Assembly: GCA_964551995.1 (NCBI GenBank)
Contig: CAZKFD010000004.1
Span: forward strand, 45,762 to 109,761
Length of the DNA stretch: 64,000 bases
From: an uncultured Eubacteriales bacterium
GTDB taxonomy: Bacteria > Acidobacteriota > Aminicenantia > Aminicenantales > Saccharicenantaceae
Direction: 5' to 3'
Shown here: positions 17,885-27,238 of the stretch, piece by piece
Layout of the letters: every line of letters starts with the position of its first letter
Position numbering within the stretch: position 1 is the first letter of the stretch
Program-made: the position numbers and the translations under genes
Notes under the pieces: generated by a model
The model's database searches: none
What the model saw: only the letters and a program-made list of their open reading frames with translations
Told to the model about the DNA's origin: nothing

Positions 17885-19233
17885 GTCGAGTTCCCTCCTT
17901 CCCGGGTTTGAAAAGCGAGATTGAACAGGGCTCCCTTGCCGACCCGGCTCCGGACCTCGATCGTGCCGCCGCAGGTGTCCATCACCCTCTTGATGAACGG
18001 CAGGCCGAGGCCCATCCCCTTCTCCTTGGTCGTGAAGAACGGCCTGTACATCTGGGCCTTGTCCGGATTGGAGATGCCCTTGCCCGTGTCCCTCACCGAG
18101 AGGACAAAGGACGTTTTGCTTTTTCTGCGGGCCCGGACCGTGATCCTCCCCCCTGAGGGGGTTGCGTCGAACGCGTTGTCCAGGAGATTCCGGAGCACCT
18201 CGCCGAATGAAGTGGGATCACACAGGACCTGGGGCAGGCCGCTGTCGATCTTCACGTCCAGGGAGTAACTTCGGGCCCGGGCCTGGATCTCGGGGCTCTG
18301 CAGGACGGCTGCGATCATGGGCGTGACATCGAAATAGCCGGGCTCCTTGAGACTGACCTTGAGAAAATGCGCCATCTGATAGACGATGGTCTCTAGCCGA
18401 CGGATCTCATCCCGGATGATCTTGAGATTGCGGTCCCTCTTGTCCCTGCTGACCTTGGGCTGGAGGAGCTGGTCCGTGAAGCCGCCGATGGTCACGAGGG
18501 GATTTCGGAGCTGATGCGTTACGAACATGGCCATTTCGCCCATCGCGGCCATCTTCTCGGCTTCGAGGAGCCTCTCGTGCAGGGTCGCCGAGTATATGTA
18601 ATTGCTGGCGATCAGTCCGCAGAGGCTGGCGAGCTTGATGTCGCCGGGGCTGATGGGCACGTGGGTGAACGAATTGTCGAGGACGATCAGGCCGAAGACC
18701 TCGTCCCGGGCGACGAGAGGGATGCACAGGAATTCGTCCACCTCGATGATTTCGAGGAACTTCTTGTCGATCAGGGGCTCGCGGAAGGCGTCGCGCACCA
18801 GGTAGATTTCTTTGTGGCAGGCCGCGAGGGCGGGCACCATCTCGCAGGTCGGCTCGTTCATGACGAAGGCCAGGTTCTTGATCCGGTTGCTGAGAGTGTC
18901 CTCGTTCTTGCTGACGAGGGCCCGGTTGTGTTCGATGATCTCCACGTAGCCGATGCCCGGGGTCGAGAGGACCTCCCAGATGTAGCCGGCTTCCTCGGGC
19001 GTGCGCGGTCCGAGCCACATCTCGCCGCGGAGGCGGTCGCCCTCCTTGAGAAAGAGCATGGCCCGGTTGAACCCGACCCCCGACCCGGAGGTCAGGGCGG
19101 TCAGGATGACGAGCATGTTGTCCGCGAGGGAGAACGGCTGAAAAAAACTCTGCGAGATGATCGACAGGAGCATCATCTCCCGCGGAGAGTCCTTCTGGAA
19201 TTCCGAGGTCAGGAAATTGTATTTCTCGATCAT
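17881..19233 (-). CDS. GAF-domain sensor histidine kinase (probably soluble)
   Basis: GAF region (GFNRAMLFL...FLCIPL); H-box THQLRNPL, N-box NLLDNAFDA, G1 DTGKG, F/G2 PFFTTKEKGMGLGL. Confidence 0.9.
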   Translation of the reverse strand: MIEKYNFLTSEFQKDSPREMMLLSIISQSFFQPFSLADNMLVILTALTSGSGVGFNRAMLFLKEGDRLRGEMWLGPRTPEEAGYIWEVLSTPGIGYVEIIEHNRALVSKNEDTLSNRIKNLAFVMNEPTCEMVPALAACHKEIYLVRDAFREPLIDKKFLEIIEVDEFLCIPLVARDEVFGLIVLDNSFTHVPISPGDIKLASLCGLIASNYIYSATLHERLLEAEKMAAMGEMAMFVTHQLRNPLVTIGGFTDQLLQPKVSRDKRDRNLKIIRDEIRRLETIVYQMAHFLKVSLKEPGYFDVTPMIAAVLQSPEIQARARSYSLDVKIDSGLPQVLCDPTSFGEVLRNLLDNAFDATPSGGRITVRARRKSKTSFVLSVRDTGKGISNPDKAQMYRPFFTTKEKGMGLGLPFIKRVMDTCGGTIEVRSRVGKGALFNLAFQTREGGNST

Positions 19234-20414
19234 TCGGCCTTCCAGCCCTTCGGGACGACGCGGATGCCGCCCCGGCTGATCTTGAAATTCCGGCCGTCCT
19301 TCTCGGCGTTGAAGCCGATGTCGAAGCCGGCGGGGATGATGCTGAACTTATCGATGATGACCTTCTTGAGCCGGGCGCCCTTACCGACCTCGACCGCCTC
19401 GAGGAGGATGGAATCGGACACTTCGGCTTTTTCATGGATGCGGACACCGGGGGAGACGATGGAGTTGTCGACGCGGCAGCCGAGCAGGCGGCAGCCGGGG
19501 CCGACGATCGAGTTCTGGAAGGCACCGCCCCTGATGAAGGTCGGCGGGTATTGAGGCTTGTATGTCCGGAAAGGCCAGGCGGGGTCCTGGAAGATCGTCG
19601 GGGGCGCGGGCGAGAGGAAAGACATATTGGCCTTCCAGTAGGCGTCGATGGTTCCGATGTCCTCCCAGTAATCGTCGAAGGGAAAGGCGAAGATCCGGTG
19701 GTCGCGGATGAGGTCGGGGATGATGTTCCCCCCGAAGTCATGGGCGCTCGAGGGGTTCCGGGCGTCCTTGATCAGAGCCCGGATGAGGACCGGGGTCTTG
19801 AAGAGATACACGCCCATCGAGATCAGGCTCTTCGAGGGGTCCCAGGGGACGGCGCAGGGCTTCTTGGGCTTCTCGGCAAACTCGATGATGCGGCGGTCTT
19901 CGTCGACTCCGATGACCCCGAAGCGGGAGGCGTCCCGCGTCGGCACCACCCGCGTCATGATCAGGGCCTCGGCGTCGACCCGGGTGAAGAAGTCCAGAAC
20001 CTGCCGGTAATCCGATTTGTAGATGTGGTCGCCCGAAAGGACGAGCACGGCGTCCGGATTTTCCTGCTGGATGGTATAGATGTTTTGAAACACGGCGTCG
20101 GCCGTGCCCTCGTACCAGTGATCCCCGACGCGCCCCTGGGCGGGCAGGGAGATGATGTAATCGCCGCTCTCGGCGTGGAAGATGTTCCAGCCGTTCAGGA
20201 TATGGCGCTCGAGCGACAGAGACTTGTACTGGGTGAGCAGGGCGATCCGCCGGAGCCCCGAATTGAGGGCGTTCGAGAGGCTGAAATCGATGATCCGGTA
20301 GGTGCCGAGGAAGGGCACCGAGGGTTTGGCGCGGTCACGGGTCAGGGGATAGAGCCTTTCCCCCTTGCCGCCGCAGAGGACCATGACCAGCAGGTTACGC
20401 GACAACGGACCCAT
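19230..20414 (-). CDS. glgC: Glucose-1-phosphate adenylyltransferase
   Basis: GGKGERLYPLTRDRAKPSVPF, WYEGTADAV, LSGDHIY, FAEKP, SMGVY, HDFG, YWEDIGT; left-handed beta-helix tail. Confidence 0.95.
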   Translation of the reverse strand: MGPLSRNLLVMVLCGGKGERLYPLTRDRAKPSVPFLGTYRIIDFSLSNALNSGLRRIALLTQYKSLSLERHILNGWNIFHAESGDYIISLPAQGRVGDHWYEGTADAVFQNIYTIQQENPDAVLVLSGDHIYKSDYRQVLDFFTRVDAEALIMTRVVPTRDASRFGVIGVDEDRRIIEFAEKPKKPCAVPWDPSKSLISMGVYLFKTPVLIRALIKDARNPSSAHDFGGNIIPDLIRDHRIFAFPFDDYWEDIGTIDAYWKANMSFLSPAPPTIFQDPAWPFRTYKPQYPPTFIRGGAFQNSIVGPGCRLLGCRVDNSIVSPGVRIHEKAEVSDSILLEAVEVGKGARLKKVIIDKFSIIPAGFDIGFNAEKDGRNFKISRGGIRVVPKGWKAE

Positions 20415-22050
20415 CCAGCATGGCGATTTCCTCAAAGAGGCCGTCTTCGTTCTCGTAGACCTGAAGCCGGGCCTGCTCGGGGGCCCCGAGGCCGCGCCCG
20501 CCGCCGAGCCAGCCGGCGAGTTCGAGAGCCCGCGAATAGTGCTCGGCCGCCCGGTTCTCCGCATAATCCCTCGCCGTCCACGTCGAGATGAGGAAGGGCC
20601 AGTCGGAGCTCTCGAGAAGAAACTTCTCGCGGTAGAACTGCTTGAGGACCCTCCTGTCGAGCGCCGCGGCCCGGGGGCGGATTCCCGCTTCGGCTTCCTC
20701 GATCCGGTAGATATTCTTCCAGATCCAGGAAGTCTCTTCGTTGAGCCAGATCCAGTGGAAACCGCCCTGGCCCCAGGAGCCTTCCGGCAGCGAGACGATG
20801 TCGATCGGTGGCAGATTTTCCAGGCATCCGCTGGCCGTGAGCGGACGGACGGAGCTTCGGGCGAGTCTTTTGATCGTCCGGTAAAGCCACTCCGGGCCCT
20901 CGAACCACCAGTGGCCGAACAGTTCCGTATCGTAGAGAGCGACGACCACGCCCGACTCCCGGCCTTTGAGGGACTCCTCGACGACCGAGACGAAATGCGA
21001 AGCGTGGCCTTCCAGATGCTCGGCGGCGCGGACCGGATCGTAGACCTCCTTGGTGGCCAGGTCGGAGCCGCCCGAGGTGATCCTCCAGTAGCGCATCCCC
21101 CCGGGGAAGTGCTTTTTATGGAACTCCAGGTACGCCCCTTCTCCCGGATAGCCCATCTGCCGGCTCCACACCTGGGATCCCGAAACCTCGTCGCGGACGA
21201 AAAACGGCAAATTGGAGGGAAAGGCGAGATAGCCGGCATAGGGGTCGCCGGGATGGGTGTGGGCCGGCCTGTATTCCTTCCGGAATTTCTCCCACAGGAG
21301 TTTCAAACCCGGGAACCGGTCGATGTAGACGCCGCGGGCTTCACCTCCTTTGAGGAGATGAGAATCGACGAAGAAATAGCGGTACCCTTCCCCGCTCAGG
21401 ATCTCGTCCACCCCGAGGCGCGGATAGGGCTTGTCTTCGCCGAGAGGCGGCCTCCAGGAATAGGCCGGCCGATAAGCGCATTCGGGGATCCAAAAGCCTC
21501 TGGGGTCCCGGTCGAAAAAGCGCCGGTAAACATGGTGCCCTTGGAGGGCCTGATGGCGGATGCTCGCGTCGTTCTTCAAAAGCGGGAAATAGCCGTGGGT
21601 GGCCGCCGACGTCAAAACCTCGAGTTGGTCGCCGTCCTGGAGCGTCCGGAACCCGCCGATGATGTCGCCCTGGAATCTCTCCGTGAATTCGTGGAGGAGG
21701 CCGCGGTACCAATCCCCCCAGAACGCCGCGAGCGGCGTCCGGGGGTCTCCTGTCTTCCGGAAAAAAGCACCGTCCGCGTCGGCGATCTCCGCCTTCATCC
21801 GGAGATATCGATCGAAGCCCCGGACAAAGGTCGGCTCCCGGAGCTGAGCCATCAGAACGGGTGTGAAACTGATGTTCACCTGCGGCGCGATCCCCTCGGC
21901 CGCGAGGCGATCGAAGACGCCGAGGAGCGGAAGGTAGGACTCAGCGGCGGCTTCGTAGAGCCAGTCCATGCCGTGGGGCCAGCTCCCATGGTCGAGGACG
22001 TAAGGGATATGGCTATGGAGGACGAGGGAAAAATACCTATGCGGGCCCAT
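20395..22050 (-). CDS. GH57 1,4-alpha-glucan branching enzyme (DUF1957 type)
   Basis: LHSHIPYV, WLYEA..ESYLPL, ATHGYFP, GFWIPECAY, YDTELFGHWWFEG, ESSDWPF. Confidence 0.9.
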   Translation of the reverse strand: MGPHRYFSLVLHSHIPYVLDHGSWPHGMDWLYEAAAESYLPLLGVFDRLAAEGIAPQVNISFTPVLMAQLREPTFVRGFDRYLRMKAEIADADGAFFRKTGDPRTPLAAFWGDWYRGLLHEFTERFQGDIIGGFRTLQDGDQLEVLTSAATHGYFPLLKNDASIRHQALQGHHVYRRFFDRDPRGFWIPECAYRPAYSWRPPLGEDKPYPRLGVDEILSGEGYRYFFVDSHLLKGGEARGVYIDRFPGLKLLWEKFRKEYRPAHTHPGDPYAGYLAFPSNLPFFVRDEVSGSQVWSRQMGYPGEGAYLEFHKKHFPGGMRYWRITSGGSDLATKEVYDPVRAAEHLEGHASHFVSVVEESLKGRESGVVVALYDTELFGHWWFEGPEWLYRTIKRLARSSVRPLTASGCLENLPPIDIVSLPEGSWGQGGFHWIWLNEETSWIWKNIYRIEEAEAGIRPRAAALDRRVLKQFYREKFLLESSDWPFLISTWTARDYAENRAAEHYSRALELAGWLGGGRGLGAPEQARLQVYENEDGLFEEIAMLDGSVVA

Positions 22051-24001
22051 GAGTCGCTTTCAGATGGATCTCGAGCCTTTCCGTCTGCTTCCCTTCAAGT
22101 TTCAGCGCCCACAGCGGCATGAAACTGTAGCCTTGATGAATTATATCAAAACCCTCTTCGGATTGGGAGACCGTCTCGAGAGGCATGGTCCAGAGCTCGA
22201 CCGGGTCCTGGGGCGCGAAGACAATGCGTCCCCCGTAGAGCTTGGCCCAGCCCCGGCGGTGGAATTCGGCATCGTTCCGGAACGCCAGGAAGTTCCATTC
22301 CGAGCCGAACCTGAGAGAGAGGGCGGCAGTCCCTCGGTTCTGGATATCGTAAACGACCTTCAGGCCGGACGCCTCCGGCTCCAGGCTCTTGCGGACGAGC
22401 ACGTGAACACGCTCCCCCTCGACCCAGACCCCGCCTCGTCGCTCGAGGACGAGCCGGCCTCCCTCGAGGGAGGCCTCGTAGGGCTGATTGACGAAATCTC
22501 CCTGCTCTCCATAATCGATCCTCCGGAAGTCGTCCTCGTTGGAGTCGGGATGGATGAAATGGTCGAGGAGCGAATAGCGGGGATGCCAGTCGTAGCGCAT
22601 AAGCTCCTTCGAGCGGGACGGAAGCTTCTTGGTGAGCTCGTGGATGCTCCGCCCTTCCCTGGTCCCCTCTTCGAGCGCAAAGTGGTAGGCCTCGGGCCGG
22701 CGCGAGAGGACGTCGCTGAGATTTCTGGCTCCGGGGACGTCGTCGAGTTCGACCAGGCTCCCGCCGAACGAGGGCTTGACCAGAAGGTTGAACGTCTCCC
22801 CGCGGAGAAACAGCTCCTCCCGCCCATCGAGGTCGAAGTCCAGCTGGGTCCAGCGGCCGTCCGACGGGGTGCGTTTTTCGGCTTCGAGCAGGTGGCCGTA
22901 GGCGGACTCCCGGAGGTGAGGGAGGTAAAGGCCGCCGAAGACGCCGTGCCAGTACGGGTCGTTGCACTGGCCCCGGTAGAGATCCCGGACCGCTTCGCGG
23001 TCCGCGCCTCCGTCGCGGACTTCCCGGGAGACGAGGATCATCCTTTTATGGAGATTGTTCGCTTCCGGGTATTTCAGGAAGAACTCCTGGAACAGGCCGC
23101 CCCTGAGGAATCTCCGGCCGGCGGCCCCGGCTGTCTCCCTAAGCTTCTTGAAGGCGAGAAAGTCCGCGGGCTCGAGCACCCATTCCATCATCTCTTCGTA
23201 GGACGCGGGAGGAAGGTAGACCCGTCCCGCGGGAGGGCACTCGTCGAGGTATTCGGAACAGGTCATCATCCGGACGCCCTTATCCTCTATGAACGTAAGG
23301 AATCTGTCCAGCCAGCCGTCCTCGTAGACCCATTTCTTCGTTCCCGGCCAGACCCCGAACTTCTCTCCGTCGTCGCCGAGGATGGCCGTTCCGCCCGAGG
23401 AGCGGATCTCCTGAAAATATCCATCGAGTTGGTCCAGCGCCTGGAAGGGGATCATGTAGCGGAGCTTCTTGTCGATGGGCAGGACCCGCAGCGGCACGCC
23501 CTCCTCTTCGGTGATATACGAGGCGTAGAGATTGCGGACGCCGGCGTAGCGGAAATGCTCTTCATCGAGCATCGTATATTCGATCCCGGCGAGGGCCAGG
23601 GTCTTGGCCAGCCGCGGCTCCCAGACCCTTTCAGCCAGCCAGAGACCTCGAGGCCGGCGTCCGAAATTCGTCTCGAGGTAATCGCTCATCATCCCGATCT
23701 GGCCCTCCCGGTCCTGCTCCGGGATGATCGAGAGGATCGGCTCGTAAAATCCGCCCCCGAGGAGCTCGGCCTGGCCGCGGCCGGCCAGGGTCCGCACCAG
23801 CTCCCAGCAGGCCCGTTCCCGTTTTTCCATATACTCCCAGAGGGGGCCCGAGAAATGGAGGGAGAACTTGAACCCCGGATGCCTCGCCACCCGCTCGAGG
23901 AACGGACGGTAGCAGTCGGCGAAGGCCGAGGCGACGACGGAATCGAAATTACCGACCGGTTGGTGGTTGTGAACGGCGAAAAGAAAGCGCAGCTCGGCCA
24001 T
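22037..24001 (-). CDS. GH57 4-alpha-glucanotransferase/alpha-amylase
   Basis: HNHQPVGNF, GGFYEPIL, GLWLAERVWEP, GDDGEKFGVWP, QCNDPYWHGVFGGLYLPHLR. Confidence 0.92.
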   Translation of the reverse strand: MAELRFLFAVHNHQPVGNFDSVVASAFADCYRPFLERVARHPGFKFSLHFSGPLWEYMEKRERACWELVRTLAGRGQAELLGGGFYEPILSIIPEQDREGQIGMMSDYLETNFGRRPRGLWLAERVWEPRLAKTLALAGIEYTMLDEEHFRYAGVRNLYASYITEEEGVPLRVLPIDKKLRYMIPFQALDQLDGYFQEIRSSGGTAILGDDGEKFGVWPGTKKWVYEDGWLDRFLTFIEDKGVRMMTCSEYLDECPPAGRVYLPPASYEEMMEWVLEPADFLAFKKLRETAGAAGRRFLRGGLFQEFFLKYPEANNLHKRMILVSREVRDGGADREAVRDLYRGQCNDPYWHGVFGGLYLPHLRESAYGHLLEAEKRTPSDGRWTQLDFDLDGREELFLRGETFNLLVKPSFGGSLVELDDVPGARNLSDVLSRRPEAYHFALEEGTREGRSIHELTKKLPSRSKELMRYDWHPRYSLLDHFIHPDSNEDDFRRIDYGEQGDFVNQPYEASLEGGRLVLERRGGVWVEGERVHVLVRKSLEPEASGLKVVYDIQNRGTAALSLRFGSEWNFLAFRNDAEFHRRGWAKLYGGRIVFAPQDPVELWTMPLETVSQSEEGFDIIHQGYSFMPLWALKLEGKQTERLEIHLKATHGPA

Positions 24002-24490
24002 TCAGTTGTCATTCCGGTCCGCAACAGCCGGCTCCCGGAGTTTGAAAAAGAGCCAGGTCTTGTCTCCGCCCTCCCTGGCCTTGATGCGGATCAGTGCGAA
24101 CCTTCCGTTGAGCCTCCGCCCAGAAATCTCGACCGTCATCCTGTCCGGCCCCGACTCGAGCAAGCGATACTCTCCCCGGTCCCATATCTCGACGGTCCCG
24201 GCGCCGTACTCCCCTTTCGGGATCGTGCCCTCGAACCTTTCGTATCCGAGAGGATGGTCCTCGGTCCGGACCGCCAGCCGCCGGATCCCCGGCGTGTTCG
24301 GCGGAACCTTCGGGATAGCCCAGCTCTTCAGGACGCCGGCCTCTTCGAGCCTCAGATCAAAGTGCAGGTGCGAAGCCCGGTGCTTCTGGATGACATACAC
24401 GAGGCCGTCCTCCGGCTTCTTCTCCATCGAGACGCTCGGCTCTCGCGTCCGGGTGAAGCGGCGCTTCGCGCGGTACTCCTTAAGGCTCAC
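24002..24490 (-). CDS. Stand-alone LigD-type 3'-phosphoesterase (PE) domain protein
   Basis: LKEYRAKRRFTRTREP, YVIQKHRASHLHFDLRLE..GVLKSWAIPK, RLAVRTEDHP..Y..FEG.IP.GEYGAG.V.IWD.G. Confidence 0.92.
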   Translation of the reverse strand: MSLKEYRAKRRFTRTREPSVSMEKKPEDGLVYVIQKHRASHLHFDLRLEEAGVLKSWAIPKVPPNTPGIRRLAVRTEDHPLGYERFEGTIPKGEYGAGTVEIWDRGEYRLLESGPDRMTVEISGRRLNGRFALIRIKAREGGDKTWLFFKLREPAVADRNDN

Positions 24491-24542
24491 GCGGCCTCCG
24501 GATTTCGCGGCCGGGTCCCGGCGGGGTGCGTGCCGAGTCCGG

Positions 24543-25622
24543 TCAGCGGTGGAGAAAACATCTTTCGCAATCGATTTCTCCGGCCCTGCGGGTCACGATC
24601 ATGGCCAGGCCCAGCTCGTCAGCCTTGGCGATGACCTCCTGGTCCTTGATCGAGCCCAGGGGGTAGATGACCGCCGTGATCCCGTTCCGAGCGGCGAGCT
24701 CCACGACGTCGGGAAAGGGCATGAAAGCTTCGGAGGCCATCACGCAGCCCTCTGGCCCGTACCCCCGGCGTGCCAGGCGGATGGCGTCCGCGGCCGAATC
24801 GATCCGGCTCCTCTGTCCGGAGCCGATGCCGTGGGTCTTGTCGGACCTCCCGATGACGACGGCGTTGGAGCGCGTGAAGCAGGCCACCGTCCAGTTGAAG
24901 ATCGCGGCCCAGACTTCTTCAAGGGCTGGTCTCCGCGACGAAACGACCTCCACGGATTCCGGGGAAACGACCTTCGAGTCGAACCTCTTTTGAACGAGAA
25001 GCCCGCCGGCCACGCGCTTGATCTCGAACCCGTTGTCGAGGGACTCGGATTCGAGGGAGGCTCCCATCTTCACGACCCGGAGGACTTTCCGGCCGGCCAG
25101 GATCTCGAGGGCCTCGGGCGAGAAATCCGGGGCGTAGACGACCTCGATATTTCTCGGGCTTTCGACGAGAAGACGGGCCAGCGGAACCGTGACGGCATAG
25201 TTGAAAACATCGACGCTGCCGAAGTTCGAGAGCGAATCGCATTTCCAGGCCCGCTCGAAGGTCTCAACCGCGTCGTCCCCGAGGGCGACCCCGCTCGGCA
25301 TCTCATGCTTGATGAGGACACAGGCCTTGCGGCCCTTGAAGACCGCGGTGAGCTTCCGGGCCAGCCTCTGGCCGAGGTCCATGTCGCCGACGTTGATGTA
25401 GCTCAGGCCCTTGGTCCCTTCTTGGATGAGCTCGAGGCTGGCCATATTCGGACCGGACGCCGCGGACTCCCGGTAAAAAGCCGCGGGATATCCGGGATTC
25501 TCCCCGTAGCGCATCGGGAACTTTTTGACGAAATCGGAGCCCCAGAACGACAACCGCTCCGGGAGGTCCTCCTCGACCTTGGTGAGATATTGAGTCCGGG
25601 CGGTCCGTTCAGGCTTGTCCAT
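24543..25622 (-). CDS. purH: AICAR transformylase-domain protein (PurH lacking the N-terminal IMP cyclohydrolase domain; diverged)
   Basis: MRYGENP, KGLSYIN..D, IKHEMPSG, NFGSV, SNAVV, GSGQRSRIDS, ASEAFMPFPD, PLGSIKDQEVI. Confidence 0.82.
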   Translation of the reverse strand: MDKPERTARTQYLTKVEEDLPERLSFWGSDFVKKFPMRYGENPGYPAAFYRESAASGPNMASLELIQEGTKGLSYINVGDMDLGQRLARKLTAVFKGRKACVLIKHEMPSGVALGDDAVETFERAWKCDSLSNFGSVDVFNYAVTVPLARLLVESPRNIEVVYAPDFSPEALEILAGRKVLRVVKMGASLESESLDNGFEIKRVAGGLLVQKRFDSKVVSPESVEVVSSRRPALEEVWAAIFNWTVACFTRSNAVVIGRSDKTHGIGSGQRSRIDSAADAIRLARRGYGPEGCVMASEAFMPFPDVVELAARNGITAVIYPLGSIKDQEVIAKADELGLAMIVTRRAGEIDCERCFLHR

Positions 25623-25626
25623 GGTC

Positions 25627-26361
25627 TCAGGCCCTTTCATGCCGGTTGACGATGGCATAGAGGAAATCGGCGGGCCGGGCGAGGGAGGCGAAGACGCAAG
25701 CAACGGCCACACGGAAGTCCCTCCCCGGCGCGCGCGGCTCGAGGGCCTCGTAGACGGATTCGGCCGTTTCTCCGGGGGTCCGGCCTTCGACGGGAAGCTC
25801 CCGCGGGTCCCCCGAAAAGCCCGGCAGGGGGTCCCGGTTCGGGCCCTCGTAGGTCGCGATCATCCGGGCCTCGCCGGGCCGGAGCGGAAATTCGAAAAAG
25901 TCGCGCATCGTCACTCCTCCCGGGCCCCTCCGGACGAGACCCAGCCCGGCCCGGCCGTCGATGAGGCAGCCGCTGATGCGCGGCGTAAAGTTGGGGGCGT
26001 CGGGCTCGTAATCCCAGCTTTCGAGCGCTCCGGCCAGGACCTGGACAGGCCCTCCGCCCTCCCGCAAGCGGGCCAATATGTCAGCCGTCTGTCGGCCGTT
26101 CGACGCGGCGATTCCACGGGCCTCGAAGAGCACAGCGGGATAGACGAGCAGCTCCGCGTTTCCCGTATTCAGGACGTCCTCGTCGGTCGGCTCCACCCAG
26201 ATGCCCGCGTCCCGGAAGACGAGCTTCCGTGCCAGGCTCGACGGTGACCGTCCTGTGATGGCGTAAATGATAACGGCGCGCTCTGCGCTTGACTCCCGCC
26301 CCAGGGCAAGCAGGCGCCCCGGGTATTCGAATGTCGCGAGAGCTCCCGTCGGCCGCGTCAT
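25627..26361 (-). CDS. PurO-like IMP cyclohydrolase family protein (Ntn fold)
   Basis: YPGR..ALG, YAITGRSPSS, LLVYPAV, SNGRQT, YEPDAPNFTPRISG; lies directly upstream of the truncated purH. Confidence 0.8.
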   Translation of the reverse strand: MTRPTGALATFEYPGRLLALGRESSAERAVIIYAITGRSPSSLARKLVFRDAGIWVEPTDEDVLNTGNAELLVYPAVLFEARGIAASNGRQTADILARLREGGGPVQVLAGALESWDYEPDAPNFTPRISGCLIDGRAGLGLVRRGPGGVTMRDFFEFPLRPGEARMIATYEGPNRDPLPGFSGDPRELPVEGRTPGETAESVYEALEPRAPGRDFRVAVACVFASLARPADFLYAIVNRHERA

Positions 26362-26494
26362 GAGCGGTGTCCTCGAAGCCCTATTAGTAGCACATGGGAC
26401 GCGGGCAAGTCAAAACGCCGGCCCGGCTTGTGACGCGGCCGCCGATTTGCTAAAATCGTCGGCGGTCCGTTGGCTTTCGCGGCCCGAGGACGGC

Positions 26495-27238
26495 GTGAGC
26501 AGAATCGAACGCCCCGAGGAATATTACCTGGATCCTGGGTTCCTGGAGTCGGCGGAGGGCCGCACCCTGCGCATCCTGAGCGAGTATCTCGGACCCTTCG
26601 CGACGCTCGACAGGGCAAAGGTCAACAGCACGATCCTTTTCCTCGGCTCGTCCAAGGCCAATCCGATGGACCCGGAGTCCATCCTCTACCGATATTACTG
26701 GGAAGCGGAGGAACTCGCCTACCTCCTGGCCCGGTGGGCCGTTTCCCTGAAAAAGCCCAAGGGCAAGGATTTCGTCATCTGCACGGGGGCGGGGCCGGGC
26801 ATCATGGAGGCGGCCAACCGCGGCGCCTCCCGGGCGGGCGCCAAGACGATCGGCATGAACATCTCCCTCCCTCAGGTCCAGGAGGCCAACCCGCATGTCA
26901 CGCCCGAGCTCGCCTTCACCTTCCATTATTTCTTCATGAGGAAGTTCTGGCTGGTCTTCAAGGCCCGGGCGGTCATCATCTTTCCGGGCGGCTTCGGGAC
27001 CCTGGACGAGTTCTTCGAGATCCTGACCCTCCTCCAGACGAGAAAGATCGCAAAAACCGAACTCTGCCTTGTTCTCTACGGAGAGGATTATTGGCGGAAG
27101 GTGGTCGATTTCGACCGGCTCGTCAAGCTGGGGAGCGTGGCTCCCGGAGACCTCCGTCTCTTCAAATTCTCGTCGTCCCCCCGGGAAGCTTTCGGCTACC
27201 TGAAGAAGAAGCTTGCCGGGTCGCTCAGGACGAGATGA
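26495..27238 (+). CDS. LOG-family (TIGR00730) nucleotide monophosphate nucleosidase
   Basis: TGAGPGIMEAANRGA, IGMNISLP..QEANP, FHYFFMRKFW, PGGFGTLDE. Confidence 0.9.
   Translation: MSRIERPEEYYLDPGFLESAEGRTLRILSEYLGPFATLDRAKVNSTILFLGSSKANPMDPESILYRYYWEAEELAYLLARWAVSLKKPKGKDFVICTGAGPGIMEAANRGASRAGAKTIGMNISLPQVQEANPHVTPELAFTFHYFFMRKFWLVFKARAVIIFPGGFGTLDEFFEILTLLQTRKIAKTELCLVLYGEDYWRKVVDFDRLVKLGSVAPGDLRLFKFSSSPREAFGYLKKKLAGSLRTR

Noticed and set aside
19230-21239. Apparent 669-aa GlgC with a long N-terminal extension (likewise extended RlmI, RimO, PgpA, RlpA, MFS and ParB ORFs)
   Set aside because: The extensions overlap upstream genes in another frame or span promoters, and are low-complexity Arg/Ser/Pro text. 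Real starts are downstream.
22049-24634. 861-aa + strand ORF and similar long ORFs (20365-22122, 8118-9644, 14922-16361, 54327-55844, 45-992)
   Set aside because: They are antisense shadows of well-supported genes, expected in high-GC DNA, and show no recognisable motifs.
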